A stretch of DNA of 64,000 bases from the sequence record NC_041936.1. One strand, written 5' to 3'. Under the pieces are notes generated by a model. That model searched no databases. It had not been told where the DNA came from and saw only the letters and a list, made by a program, of their open reading frames with translations. Both the position numbers and the translations under genes were made by a program. How positions within the stretch are numbered: the first letter of the stretch is position 1; every line of letters begins with the position of its first letter. Below are positions 9,346 through 19,553 of this stretch, piece by piece. The DNA is from Escherichia phage ECD7.

Positions 9346-10848
9346 ATGCAAGATATTAAAATTCACTTTCTGAACTATTCCCATGTTCAAATTGAATGTA
9401 GCGATTCAATTTTATTAGAAATGCGAGATTATTTTAGTTTTGAAGTCGAGGGAGCGCGGTTTCAAAAAAGATTTAAGTATGGTGGATGGGATGGGCGTAT
9501 TCGTCTTTTAGATTACAACGGAAAGCTGCCAATCGGCCTAACTAAAACCGTGGGAATCTTCGCTAAAAATATGGGCTATAGCGTATGGGTAGATCCTCGC
9601 TTATTCGAAAAAGAACAAGTTACAGAAGAAGAAATTACAAAATGGTGTAATGACTTAGAATTATATTCCGGTGCTAACAGGATCACCCCGCATTGGTATC
9701 AATCAAAGGCTGTCTTTGAAGGTATTCATCATAAACGCCGTATGTTAGTTTTGCCTACGTCCGCTGGTAAATCTGCGATTGCTTGTATGTTGTCTCGCTG
9801 GTACTTAGAGAACTACGAAGGGAAAGTGTTGATCATCGTTCCTACCACGTCGCTAGTGCTGCAAATGCGTGATGATTTTGTTGATTATCGCCAGTTTCCT
9901 TATGAAGCAATTCATACTATCATGAGCGGTACTAGTAAACACGTAGGTGATCGCCTGATCGTTGTTAGTACGTGGCAATCTGCATGTAAACAACCTCGTG
10001 AGTGGTTCCAGCAATTTGGGATGGTTATTGTTGACGAATGTCACAAAGCCACTGCTAAAAACCTGCTAAACATCGTTACTGATATGGATCATTGCCAATT
10101 TAAGATCGGCATGACTGGTTCCCCTCGTGACGGGAAAGCTAACATGATGCAGTATGTCGGGCTTTTCGGTGACATTTCCAAGATCGTGAGTATTGACCGC
10201 CTGATGGAAGAAGGCCAGGTGACAAAACTGAAAATTAACTGTCTTTTCCTTCGTTATACCGATGAGGAATGTAGCGCGGTTAAGGGTAGAGAATATGCGG
10301 AAGAGATCAAGTATATTACGTCTAACCCACGACGTAATAAGTTTGCTTGTAATTTGGCGCTAAAACTCGCTAAGAAGGGCGAAAACGTATTCCTGATGTT
10401 CCGCAATACTAAGCACGGAAAACTTATGTATGACGCGTTACAGAAGGTACACGACAAGGTTTATTATATTGACGGTGGAGTTAAGACAGAAGAACGTGAT
10501 GAATTTAAGAAATTAGCGGAAGGGGAAACCGGGATCATTTGTGTTGCGTCTTATGGTGTGTTCTCTACTGGTGTTTCAATTAAGAATTTGCACCATGTTA
10601 TTTTCGGTCATCCAGTGAAGGAATCAACTATCGTTCGTCAGAGTATCGGTCGTGCATTGCGTAAACATGGTTCGAAAGACATTGCAACGGTCTGGGATCT
10701 TATAGATCATCTGGCGGTGAAGACAAAGAGCAAGAATGCTAAGAAACAGTTTAGTCACCTTAATTATGCTCTTAAACATGCCCTTGAAAGAATAAAAATT
10801 TACAACACCGACCGATTCGAATATGTCACGAAAACCATCGAGATTTAA
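9346..10848 (+). CDS. uvsW: UvsW DNA/RNA helicase (SF2)
   Basis: 500 aa from ATG at 9346 (the track ORF starts at an upstream GTG); N-terminus DIKIHFLNYSHVQIEC...GWDGRIRLLDY and Walker A PTSAGKS match recalled T4 UvsW. Confidence 0.9.
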   Translation: MQDIKIHFLNYSHVQIECSDSILLEMRDYFSFEVEGARFQKRFKYGGWDGRIRLLDYNGKLPIGLTKTVGIFAKNMGYSVWVDPRLFEKEQVTEEEITKWCNDLELYSGANRITPHWYQSKAVFEGIHHKRRMLVLPTSAGKSAIACMLSRWYLENYEGKVLIIVPTTSLVLQMRDDFVDYRQFPYEAIHTIMSGTSKHVGDRLIVVSTWQSACKQPREWFQQFGMVIVDECHKATAKNLLNIVTDMDHCQFKIGMTGSPRDGKANMMQYVGLFGDISKIVSIDRLMEEGQVTKLKINCLFLRYTDEECSAVKGREYAEEIKYITSNPRRNKFACNLALKLAKKGENVFLMFRNTKHGKLMYDALQKVHDKVYYIDGGVKTEERDEFKKLAEGETGIICVASYGVFSTGVSIKNLHHVIFGHPVKESTIVRQSIGRALRKHGSKDIATVWDLIDHLAVKTKSKNAKKQFSHLNYALKHALERIKIYNTDRFEYVTKTIEI

Positions 10849-10853
10849 TAAAT

Positions 10854-10878
10854 AGGGGCTTTAATGCCCCTTTATTTC
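10854..10878 (+). terminator. putative terminator after uvsW
   Basis: GGGGC-TTTAAT-GCCCC hairpin followed by TTTATTT. Confidence 0.5.
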
Positions 10879-10892
10879 TACGGAGATTAAAA

Positions 10893-11129
10893 ATGATTAG
10901 CTTTAAACGTTTTTTGGTTGAGGCCGCTATTGACGGTTTCATGCGTAAGATTTATTCTTGTAATACTATCGAGGGATTAAATGAACTTGAGGAATATTAT
11001 GAGAAGCGCAAGAAAGAAACAGAATTGAAACCTGCTGATGATATTTCGATCCGTGATGCCATCGCTGGACGCCGTAAGCAATTGGAAGCGGACAACGAGC
11101 CAGAAGAGGAGCCGGAAGAGGATTTTTAA
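10893..11129 (+). CDS. uvsW.1: UvsW.1-like small acidic protein
   Basis: 78 aa ORF directly after uvsW, as in T4. Confidence 0.6.
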   Translation: MISFKRFLVEAAIDGFMRKIYSCNTIEGLNELEEYYEKRKKETELKPADDISIRDAIAGRRKQLEADNEPEEEPEEDF

Positions 11130-11134
11130 GATAT

Positions 11135-11159
11135 AAAAAAGCCCCATCAATGATGGGGC
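11135..11159 (-). terminator. rho-independent terminator (minus strand) downstream of the uvsY cluster
   Basis: GCCCCATCA/TGATGGGGC hairpin with A-run on plus. Confidence 0.55.
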
Positions 11160-11192
11160 AAAATAAACCAATTAAAATCGGTTATCAACAAA

Positions 11193-11369
11193 TTACATTA
11201 ACAGCATTGTTTGCTCTACGAGTTGTTCTTGTTCTTCGCCGTTCGCATCTTCACTAATCGAACGTTCTGTTACTAGCTGTAAGCAGTAGCCAGTGTGAAC
11301 AACGCCGTTTTCTGTCTGGACTGCTAACGCATCCTCGACAGGTTGTTTACAACAAATACAGATTTTCAT
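11193..11369 (-). CDS. small Cys-rich protein (58 aa, MKICICCKQP...)
   Basis: ORF below the track cutoff, directly downstream of uvsY; position matches the T4 uvsY.-1/-2 small genes. Confidence 0.4.
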   Translation of the reverse strand: MKICICCKQPVEDALAVQTENGVVHTGYCLQLVTERSISEDANGEEQEQLVEQTMLLM

Positions 11370-11390
11370 AAAAATTCCTCCTGCATGTAT

Positions 11391-11798
11391 TTAGCGACCA
11401 GATTCCAGCATACGCAATTCTATAGCATTCTTGATCGCAAATCCACGAGATTTAACGATATCAAGTGCGCGACCAGCAAAATCCATTACCATCTGGTAAT
11501 ATGCAATTTTCGTATCAAGCGGTAAGATCTCGTCGTCTGCTGCCATGACAACTTTCAATTCTGATTTCTCATATTCAGCACGACACCAGTCATCACTACG
11601 GTTAGTGTAAAAGTCAAGACGATTTTTCATAGCCTTTTTCTTTTTAGCCTCAAGAGCAATCGTCTCTCTTTTCGCCTCGCTGTAAATCCTTAACCACTTT
11701 GAGTATACTACCGGATTATTCAGCGCCTCCCATTGCAACTTAGTCGCATCGATCTTCATGTCAGCTTCTAATTGTTCTTTCAAATCGTTTAGGTCCAT
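11391..11798 (-). CDS. uvsY: UvsY recombination mediator
   Basis: 135 aa; KLQWEALNNPVVYSKWL...KSRGFAIKN resembles recalled T4 UvsY. Confidence 0.9.
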   Translation of the reverse strand: MDLNDLKEQLEADMKIDATKLQWEALNNPVVYSKWLRIYSEAKRETIALEAKKKKAMKNRLDFYTNRSDDWCRAEYEKSELKVVMAADDEILPLDTKIAYYQMVMDFAGRALDIVKSRGFAIKNAIELRMLESGR

Positions 11799-11845
11799 AA
11801 TATCCCCTTATTCACACTAAGACCTATATCATATCACACACAAAA

Positions 11846-12232
11846 TCACTTTGCAAGTCTTATGCGTAGTTGTTCAAGATCATCTGGGTTATCTATTACT
11901 GAAAAGTAGATTGATACTATGATTGAGTTATCGTCGTACTGCGGAGTTACTTCTACTGTCAGGTTTCGGACCCGTGGTTCATAGTTTCGGATCGCCTCAT
12001 TGATGTTTTTTGATAAGGTATCCACTGTCAGTGGGTTCATGTTCTCAAACAGTGATTTATTGAGATCGCATCCAAACAGTGGATCAAATGGACGAGATCC
12101 CTTGCGAGTAGTCACGATCAGTAGAATAGAATCCTTAACCGCTTTAATCCCTATGTTCTTTTTAACGTCGTTATTCCACGATCTGGATATATTGAGATCC
12201 AAATCAGTATACATCTGATTAATAGTTGCCAT
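11846..12232 (-). CDS. 25: baseplate wedge protein gp25
   Basis: TTRKGSRPFDPLFGCDL...RNYEPR...FSVIDNPDD matches recalled T4 gp25; start set at MATINQ. Confidence 0.9.
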   Translation of the reverse strand: MATINQMYTDLDLNISRSWNNDVKKNIGIKAVKDSILLIVTTRKGSRPFDPLFGCDLNKSLFENMNPLTVDTLSKNINEAIRNYEPRVRNLTVEVTPQYDDNSIIVSIYFSVIDNPDDLEQLRIRLAK

Positions 12233-12240
12233 GTTATACC

Positions 12241-12870
12241 TCAAAGAATTTTAAGGAAACTGGATAGACCTGATAATGAATATACACCAGATTCCCCGCA
12301 TTCGCACTTGATCGGTACTGCCAGCGTGATTTGATTTCTTGTTAGCTCGTCGATCACTTCTTCCACTTTATCCGTGGTAAGCATATCCAGCACGCGGTCA
12401 AAGTCCTGTGCGTTCAGGTCGTCTATATTGAATTGCTGATCGCCGATCACGATATATTCGATACATGCAATTACCATCTGCATAATATCAACATCTTCTG
12501 TAAACTTAGGTTGACGAAATTTTATTTTTACTTGCCCTAAGTCCAGAATATACGGTTCAACTTCTGGTATCTGTGTGCGTGAAACATCAAGAGAGTATAC
12601 TTTCTCTTTATTGCATACACCACACACCCAAGTAGCATCAATTTTCATCTTATTGAGGCTGTGACACCATAAGAGAAGAAAAATATATTCTGCTTCGCAT
12701 TTCTCTAGCTCTAATGCATTGATCCCCGTACATTCATGTATGATCTCTATAACAACCTCTGACAGCTTGCCAGTCTCTTTTGCTGCTACCAGTTTTTGAA
12801 ATTCGCCGAAGGTGAAAGCACGGGCGTGTATCAACTTTTCGCCTAATTGGATCTTGAAAAAGTATTGCAT
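12241..12870 (-). CDS. 26: baseplate hub subunit gp26
   Basis: 209 aa between gp25 and the divergent gene 51, as in T4. Confidence 0.75.
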   Translation of the reverse strand: MQYFFKIQLGEKLIHARAFTFGEFQKLVAAKETGKLSEVVIEIIHECTGINALELEKCEAEYIFLLLWCHSLNKMKIDATWVCGVCNKEKVYSLDVSRTQIPEVEPYILDLGQVKIKFRQPKFTEDVDIMQMVIACIEYIVIGDQQFNIDDLNAQDFDRVLDMLTTDKVEEVIDELTRNQITLAVPIKCECGESGVYSLSGLSSFLKIL

Positions 12871-12912
12871 AATAAAACACCCTTTATAAACACATAGAAT
12901 TATTTAGTATTT

Positions 12913-12920
12913 TATAAATA
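12913..12920 (+). promoter_or_regulatory. T4-type late promoter TATAAATA upstream of gene 51
   Basis: exact TATAAATA 21 nt upstream of the ATG. Confidence 0.5.
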
Positions 12921-12940
12921 CCCGAAAGGGGGATTATACC

Positions 12941-13711
12941 ATGAATATTATCAGAATAAAACTACCGGAAGGTGTGCAGAGATTTAAACCATTCACGGTA
13001 AAAGATTATAGAGATTTCCTTCTGGTGTCAACTGAAATTAAGATGAATCCAGAAGAAGAACAAACGATTCTTGATGAGCTATTAGAAGAAATATATCCAG
13101 AAGTAGATCCGGCATTTCGTGAATATATTTTCCTGAATGTCTTTACTAGTTCAATTGGTAAAACTAAAATACCGCTTTGTTTTACTTGCCCGACTTGCAA
13201 CAAAGAAAGAAAAATGTTGCTTAACTTACAGGTTGAAGCACTAAAACCAATCGTTCTAGAGGCCGCAGGGCTTAAAATAACTTTCCGGTATGTTAAACCA
13301 TCAACCGACTATGCAAAAACGTTTCTGGATGCGATAGAGCGTGTATCTGATGGTATTAATGATTATCTATGGACTGAATTACCGGAAGAAGTTAGAGAAC
13401 AGGTTATCGATTCAATCTCATTTGCTGAATTTGAAGAAGTTGTTAAGCAGATGCACACAATCAAGATCGAACAAAAGATATCTTGTTGTGAAAGTCATGA
13501 CCTGAAATACATAGGTCTTCTTCCATTATTCAAATTGTTGTTGAATCCAGATGAGTTATTCATCTTTTATCGAATAAACCATCTATTGGCAAAATCAAAT
13601 TATTCTATCAGTGATCTTATGGATATGTTACCGGTCGAGAGAAACATTGCACTGACACTGGTCGAGAAAGACGTAAAAGAGGCAAATAATGCAAAGAACG
13701 GGGTTTCCTAA
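12941..13711 (+). CDS. 51: baseplate hub assembly protein gp51
   Basis: 256 aa, first gene of the 51-27-28-29-48-54 array in T4 order. Confidence 0.75.
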   Translation: MNIIRIKLPEGVQRFKPFTVKDYRDFLLVSTEIKMNPEEEQTILDELLEEIYPEVDPAFREYIFLNVFTSSIGKTKIPLCFTCPTCNKERKMLLNLQVEALKPIVLEAAGLKITFRYVKPSTDYAKTFLDAIERVSDGINDYLWTELPEEVREQVIDSISFAEFEEVVKQMHTIKIEQKISCCESHDLKYIGLLPLFKLLLNPDELFIFYRINHLLAKSNYSISDLMDMLPVERNIALTLVEKDVKEANNAKNGVS

Positions 13712-14798
13712 TGTCTCAATAAAACTTTATCAGGATTATGAGGCATTTCTAAATCATCGCTTTATAGAATTGGGTGCTACCTTTGTTACAATGACTCTGC
13801 GTGATTCTATTCGTGGGGTGAACGAAGGATTGTTGCAATTCTATGATAATAAGGCGATGCATACAAAATTAAACGGGAGAGAGATCATTCAGATTTCGCT
13901 ATCAACTGCTAATACAGATGAAGTGTTTAACCGAATCTATGGGATCTCTCATAGTAATGTAACAATTGACCAAAAATCCGACAACATTTTAACATTCCAG
14001 TTAAAGAGCTATCACGAAACACTAAACCTTAAATTTTCCCGCTCATTGACAAATAACGCTGTTAATAACGTAACTAGCATGATTGATGCCATCTATAAGG
14101 AAGTTCCTTTATGGAAACCTACTATAAAGGGTGATAACGTTGTTATTCCTCGTTGTCCGTGGGTTAGTACCATAAATGACTATATGGATTTTGTGAGGGC
14201 ATACGGGCAAAGCGTAGAAACCGAGTCTTTCGTGTATTGCTGGGAAGATTTTGATGGTATAACGATCGCTGGACACGATACAATATTAAAAAATGAGCCA
14301 ATACCAGCTATAATCTGTGAGCCTAGACTCATGGGGCAATTTATTGATATGTCGCCTAATCTGATGGTTTTTAATTTCGAGTGGCAGACTAAGAGCAATG
14401 CTAAAGTTAAAAATTCATTTAGCAATGTGACATACACAACTATTGATTTTGTTACTAAGCAGTATAATAAAATTATTGTTGGTAATGGGGATAATATTGC
14501 ACACTTTGCTCATGGTGGAGCTTATGGTGATTTAACTTATAAGAATGCGTTTTTGGAAGGGTCTAAACTCGCCACAATAGAACAATATGATTCATATGCT
14601 ACCGCCGTGTGTCACGGTAATTTTTCGTTGCGCCCCGGTATGGTTATTCGATTCTTTGATGAGAAGCAACAAGCACGCAATGATTTTATTGTTGACGAAG
14701 TGGTGCATGAAATTAGCCGAGAGCAATCATTAACTCACCTGTATATGATCGGTAACAGCGAAGAATTACAGGAAGTCAAATTTGAAGGTAAGATATAA
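13689..14798 (+). CDS. 27: baseplate hub subunit gp27
   Basis: 369 aa; N-terminus resembles recalled T4 gp27 (PNVSIKLY...MTLRDS...EGLLQFYD). Confidence 0.85.
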   Translation: MQRTGFPNVSIKLYQDYEAFLNHRFIELGATFVTMTLRDSIRGVNEGLLQFYDNKAMHTKLNGREIIQISLSTANTDEVFNRIYGISHSNVTIDQKSDNILTFQLKSYHETLNLKFSRSLTNNAVNNVTSMIDAIYKEVPLWKPTIKGDNVVIPRCPWVSTINDYMDFVRAYGQSVETESFVYCWEDFDGITIAGHDTILKNEPIPAIICEPRLMGQFIDMSPNLMVFNFEWQTKSNAKVKNSFSNVTYTTIDFVTKQYNKIIVGNGDNIAHFAHGGAYGDLTYKNAFLEGSKLATIEQYDSYATAVCHGNFSLRPGMVIRFFDEKQQARNDFIVDEVVHEISREQSLTHLYMIGNSEELQEVKFEGKI

Positions 14799-15316
14799 TG
14801 ACAGAAACTAAACCTATGTTAAAATTTGTTGTTCCTGTAAAAAAATTAGAGATAAACGGGAAACATATCAAGATCCCAAAAATGGGGATTAAGCAACATC
14901 GATTATTAAAAGATGTTCGTAGCTGTGATGAAACATTAAAGATTCTTCTTGATTCAATCTGTCCTGGGTTAAACGCTGCCGAGTCTGAATTGGTTATGCT
15001 TAACCTTTGTGCGTTTAATGGTAAGTGTCTGGAAGAAAAAGACGGTCTTAAGCTGTCTGATGTGTATATTTGTACAGAGACTGAATTTACTTTAAATGGT
15101 AAAGTCTTTAAATTTAAAAATCCAATGTATACTTCTGACCCCATTATCGATGACGCTGATTTCTTGAGTCATCATTATCACGATCCTAGTGTAGACTTCC
15201 ATGATTTCCCAGCTTTTATTATGGATTGGGCTACAGGATTAAGAAAAACTATTGCACTGGATACACCGGAAGGTACTATCTATGGTGGAATTAACATATT
15301 GGATCGCCTATCATGA
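14798..15316 (+). CDS. 28: baseplate distal hub subunit gp28
   Basis: 172 aa, coupled to gp27 and gp29; size and position match T4. Confidence 0.75.
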   Translation: MTETKPMLKFVVPVKKLEINGKHIKIPKMGIKQHRLLKDVRSCDETLKILLDSICPGLNAAESELVMLNLCAFNGKCLEEKDGLKLSDVYICTETEFTLNGKVFKFKNPMYTSDPIIDDADFLSHHYHDPSVDFHDFPAFIMDWATGLRKTIALDTPEGTIYGGINILDRLS

Positions 15317-17046
15317 ATGACGCATTAACATCATTTCGCGGGATGCGCAAGGAAGCGGAAGAAAACCCGATTGATAAACTTAACAAATTAGATAAACTTG
15401 ATTCTATTGATAATTTGCAAGCCGCTACCGAATTGGTGGCGGAGACAGTAGAACAAAAATCTAATGAAGTTGTTGGTGCGGTAGAGGATAACACCGCAGC
15501 CAATGAATTGACGGCAGAAAATACACAATCTACCGCTGGCAATACCAAAAAAACTTATGAAGAATTGCAAAAACTCAATAATTTCTCTTCTCAGATGAAT
15601 GAGAAATTACGTGGTTTTGGTGTTATGATGGAACGTAGATTTGGTGTTGTCAGTAAAATGGCTAGCGGTATTGGTGCGATTGAAGAAGCACTGAAAAAAC
15701 CGGAACAACCGCAAACAATGCCATCACCTCAGCCAGTTTTGCCTACTGTACCGGAACAGCCTAATAATGACAACTATCAAGGTCTTCCAAAGAAAAAACC
15801 AGATGTTGAGGAACGGAAGAAAAAGAACGCCACAGATAAGCGTAATGCCGATTCTATGGAAAATCTTCTTAAAGTTGTTCGTGGAGGATTTAAAGAAACC
15901 ATAGGTATCTCTAATAAGGTCTTAGGGATGTTATTTAAGATCACCTTGACCGCTATGGCAGAAGCCGCAAAATGGGGTGCTATTTTGATGGGTATTGTTT
16001 TTGTCATTGATACCCTGATGGTTCATTTCAGATATTGGAGCGATTTATTCGAGACAAAATTCAGTGAATTTATGGATAAAGCCGGAGAATGGGCTGGACC
16101 AATTAGTGATATTCTAACAACTATTCGTCAAGTTCGAGATTATTGGTCTAAAGGCGAATATGGAGAGTTAATTAAATCTCTTGTTATGGGTATTGGTGAT
16201 GCATTCTATAAAACCTTTATCCAACTTGATCGAATTATCACTACTGGTATTGCTAAAATTCTTCGCATGATCCCTGGTATGGGTGATTATGCCGATAAGT
16301 TAGAATACGGTGCTTTAAAGTCTGCTGTCGCTCAAGGCTATACGCCAAATGAAAGAGAACTCGAATTAATGGATAAGGTCGAGTCTGAACATGAAGAAGA
16401 CAAATATGGAGAGCGTACTGGTTGGACCGGAAAAGCCCGTGATATTGGCGAAGCTATTGGGGATTCTATTAAGGATAAAGTTAACGAAGGTCTTGTTAGT
16501 CTGGGCTGGCGAGATCAAAAGGATGTTGACGCAGAGAAACGACAAGAAGAATTAAAACGCGGGGAATATAAGTCTGTTTCTGCTGAACAACGATCTGCTA
16601 GTCGTAAACTTAGAATTAAAAGCGAGGGCGCGATCAATAATATTAATGAAGTTATGGAGAATTTGAGCGGTGACTATGACAAAGAAAGAATGGGAGAGTT
16701 GAAAAAGGATATTGATGTTTACCGTGAGCAAGTTCAAGATCCTACATTAGTTGAAAGTGATCGTTCTCAGTTAGAGCGTCTTATTGAAAAATTTGATGAG
16801 ATGTATGCTGATAAAACTAAGGGTGCGGTTCCAGCTAATCCTGTTCCTGCAACTGAAACGGAAACAGCAAAACAAGCGGAACGTACTGAACAAATGCAGA
16901 AACAAGCTGCAATCCAGCAACAAACGACAAATCAGACCTCAAACGTAAATAATACACAAATTGTAACAAACAATAGAACTGTTAAACAGGGTGCACCAAC
17001 AACTAGAATTGATGCCCCCGGTACAATTAATATGGGGAACTTTTAA
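15313..17046 (+). CDS. 29: baseplate hub / tail length determinator gp29
   Basis: 577 aa, size and position match T4 gp29. Confidence 0.8.
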   Translation: MNDALTSFRGMRKEAEENPIDKLNKLDKLDSIDNLQAATELVAETVEQKSNEVVGAVEDNTAANELTAENTQSTAGNTKKTYEELQKLNNFSSQMNEKLRGFGVMMERRFGVVSKMASGIGAIEEALKKPEQPQTMPSPQPVLPTVPEQPNNDNYQGLPKKKPDVEERKKKNATDKRNADSMENLLKVVRGGFKETIGISNKVLGMLFKITLTAMAEAAKWGAILMGIVFVIDTLMVHFRYWSDLFETKFSEFMDKAGEWAGPISDILTTIRQVRDYWSKGEYGELIKSLVMGIGDAFYKTFIQLDRIITTGIAKILRMIPGMGDYADKLEYGALKSAVAQGYTPNERELELMDKVESEHEEDKYGERTGWTGKARDIGEAIGDSIKDKVNEGLVSLGWRDQKDVDAEKRQEELKRGEYKSVSAEQRSASRKLRIKSEGAINNINEVMENLSGDYDKERMGELKKDIDVYREQVQDPTLVESDRSQLERLIEKFDEMYADKTKGAVPANPVPATETETAKQAERTEQMQKQAAIQQQTTNQTSNVNNTQIVTNNRTVKQGAPTTRIDAPGTINMGNF

Positions 17047-18104
17047 TGAAAATTAGTGTTATCAATGATGCCGTTGATAGCTTTAAAGCGGGGGTTAAAA
17101 CCTCCGCTGGTTTTACCTCAAAAAATAAAGGGAAAACATTAACCGCTCAATTCCCCGCTGAACGTGCTAGCGGTAATGATGCTAGCGGTTATTATATCAA
17201 CGACTTATATAATAATGGTCTGTTATTCACTGCATACGATTATACATCTCGTACTACTGGATCGTTGCGTGATTTCAGGAAAAAGAAAAATGTTGCTAGC
17301 GGTTTTGGCGGTAGCGTTAATATCGCTGGTTTTGATTTAAATTTGGGAGGGAGAAATGCTGCATTTGACCGCGAGGCAATTGCTAATATTCTTCTTCCTC
17401 GTAGTCAATCTGACGTTGACGCTGCTAGCCATAAGTTTAATGATGTTGGTGAATCTGTCATTTCTCGCGGCGGTGGTACTTTAGGCGGTGCTCTTTCTAA
17501 TATGGCATCTACTGCCGTTTTTGGTGGTATCGAAAGTATTACTGGTGGATACCTTGCCGATCACGGTGAACAGATTTATAATACTGCGCGAAGCATGTAT
17601 GCTGGTGCTGACGCACGAACTAAAAACTACGTATGGCATTTAACCCCACGTAGTATTGAAGACCTTCGCAATATTCTGATCATATACGAAACGTTTTTAG
17701 AATTGTCTTATGGATCTAGTGGTATTTCCAGCACCGCAAAAGAATTAAAAGCGGAAGTTGATGCGTGGTATAAAAATACACTATTGAGAAAATCCACCCC
17801 AGAGGAAGCGAAGAGAAATGATACTCTGTTTGAAGGGATCACCGATTTTCTATCAAACGCAATTACTGTATCTAACCCGACAATATGGATGATCTCTAAC
17901 TTCGGTAAGCGTACATCGTTTGAAGGGCGTAGCGATGCATTTGGTCCCGCTCAGATCTCAAGTGTACGTCTGGACAAGTCGCCGGATGGTAAGTTTAATG
18001 GCCTTGCTATTTCTCCTAACTTGCCGAGTACCTTTGTTCTGGAAGTATCATTTAGAGAGATCTTGACACTTTCCCGTGGTACTATATTTGGGAGTGCGGT
18101 ATAA
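17046..18104 (+). CDS. 48: baseplate tail tube cap gp48
   Basis: 352 aa, position and size as T4 gp48. Confidence 0.8.
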   Translation: MKISVINDAVDSFKAGVKTSAGFTSKNKGKTLTAQFPAERASGNDASGYYINDLYNNGLLFTAYDYTSRTTGSLRDFRKKKNVASGFGGSVNIAGFDLNLGGRNAAFDREAIANILLPRSQSDVDAASHKFNDVGESVISRGGGTLGGALSNMASTAVFGGIESITGGYLADHGEQIYNTARSMYAGADARTKNYVWHLTPRSIEDLRNILIIYETFLELSYGSSGISSTAKELKAEVDAWYKNTLLRKSTPEEAKRNDTLFEGITDFLSNAITVSNPTIWMISNFGKRTSFEGRSDAFGPAQISSVRLDKSPDGKFNGLAISPNLPSTFVLEVSFREILTLSRGTIFGSAV

Positions 18105-19036
18105 TGTTTGATTTAAATGATTTTAACGAACAAGCCGCTAACCTTGACTTTCAGCGATCCAACTTATTCAGCGTGGCATTTGCCACCACTCCAAGTAATA
18201 AGACACAAGCGATCCTAGAAAGTATGGGCGGTGCGGTATATGATATTATACCAAATGCATTAAATGACTATTTCGGGATTACTCGTGGTGATTATACTGA
18301 CGCATTAACAAATCTTGCTGTACAGGGTGTTAGGCGTGCTGTTGATTCATCCGGTGTCAAAAAGTATCTTTTAGGTGCAATGTCATCCCGCGTAGTTCAA
18401 TCTCTTCTGGGGCAATTTGATGTTGGTACATATGCGCTTGACTGGTTCAATATGGCATATAAGACAAGCGGTCTTCTGGTGTATGCTGTTAAGGTTCCAG
18501 AAAACAGATTGAATTATGAAATGGACCGTAACCACAATGCACCAAACATTCGAATTACCGGACGTGATTTTGATCCGCTTGTGTTGAGCTTTAGAATGGA
18601 CTCTAGCGCATCAAACTATAGAGCAATGCAAGATTGGGTTAACTCAGTAGAAGACCCCGTCACAGGGCTTCGTGCGCTTCCTGTTGACGTTGAAGCGGAT
18701 ATTCAGGTCAACTTACATAACCGAATGGGAGTCCCTCACACGATCATGATGTTTAATGGTTGTGTTCCTGTTGGTGTGAGTGCACCGGAATTAACCTATG
18801 AAAACAACAACGAAATTACAACATTCGATGTTACTTTTGCGTATAGGACTATGCAAACTGGTGCTGTAGGAGAGCAAGCCGCGCGAGAATGGATTGAGGA
18901 TAAGGCAATAAACGCAATAACAAACACTTTCGGCAATAATTTACTTGATAGTGGGTTATCTGCTGCTGGTAATGCTTTATCGCGTCTAAATGGCGTTGGT
19001 GGGCGTGTGGTGAATACTGTCACCAACTGGTTCTAA
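18104..19036 (+). CDS. 54: baseplate tail tube initiator gp54
   Basis: 310 aa, position and size as T4 gp54. Confidence 0.8.
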   Translation: MFDLNDFNEQAANLDFQRSNLFSVAFATTPSNKTQAILESMGGAVYDIIPNALNDYFGITRGDYTDALTNLAVQGVRRAVDSSGVKKYLLGAMSSRVVQSLLGQFDVGTYALDWFNMAYKTSGLLVYAVKVPENRLNYEMDRNHNAPNIRITGRDFDPLVLSFRMDSSASNYRAMQDWVNSVEDPVTGLRALPVDVEADIQVNLHNRMGVPHTIMMFNGCVPVGVSAPELTYENNNEITTFDVTFAYRTMQTGAVGEQAAREWIEDKAINAITNTFGNNLLDSGLSAAGNALSRLNGVGGRVVNTVTNWF

Positions 19037-19043
19037 TAAGCGA

Positions 19044-19076
19044 AAGGCGGGGATAATCCCCGCCTTTTTATTTTGC
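19044..19076 (+). terminator. rho-independent terminator after gene 54
   Basis: AAAGGCGGGGA/TCCCCGCCTTT hairpin followed by a T-run. Confidence 0.65.
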
Positions 19077-19553
19077 TAAATCATTGCAATATTTTAGTGC
19101 CTTAGTTTGAAATTCTGCGCTGTTAAGTTCTTCATAACGGTCATAATCACCGTTTAATGCTGCCTTTCTTGCTTCTTGCTCTATCTGCATGTCAGACATG
19201 ATAATACAGCGATCCCGCGCTTTCATCTTCTCAAGTTGTATAGACTCTTCTTTCTGCTTGCGCAATTCTTCTTGACGCTTCTTTTCTTCTTGTGCTTTCT
19301 CTTCCCGCGCTTCTTTGATTGCATCCTTGAACATCTGCGTTTGTGGTGCTAAACCAACTTTAACGCGATCCACGTCTCGACGTTCCATTTTAGAAATAAA
19401 GCATGATTCGATCTGATCATCACTTGCATATGCTGCTTTACATTCACGAAGCAAGAAAACCGGATCTGATTTAGCATTCATCATAGCTTCCATGTTGGCA
19501 CAACCAGTAAGCATGAATGCAGCCGCAAGACCAATCAGTTTAATCATTTTCAT
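19068..19553 (-). CDS. putative lipoprotein (161 aa)
   Basis: signal peptide with lipobox LTGC; charged coiled-coil middle; translationally coupled to the upstream ADP-ribosyltransferase. Confidence 0.6.
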   Translation of the reverse strand: MKMIKLIGLAAAFMLTGCANMEAMMNAKSDPVFLLRECKAAYASDDQIESCFISKMERRDVDRVKVGLAPQTQMFKDAIKEAREEKAQEEKKRQEELRKQKEESIQLEKMKARDRCIIMSDMQIEQEARKAALNGDYDRYEELNSAEFQTKALKYCNDLAK

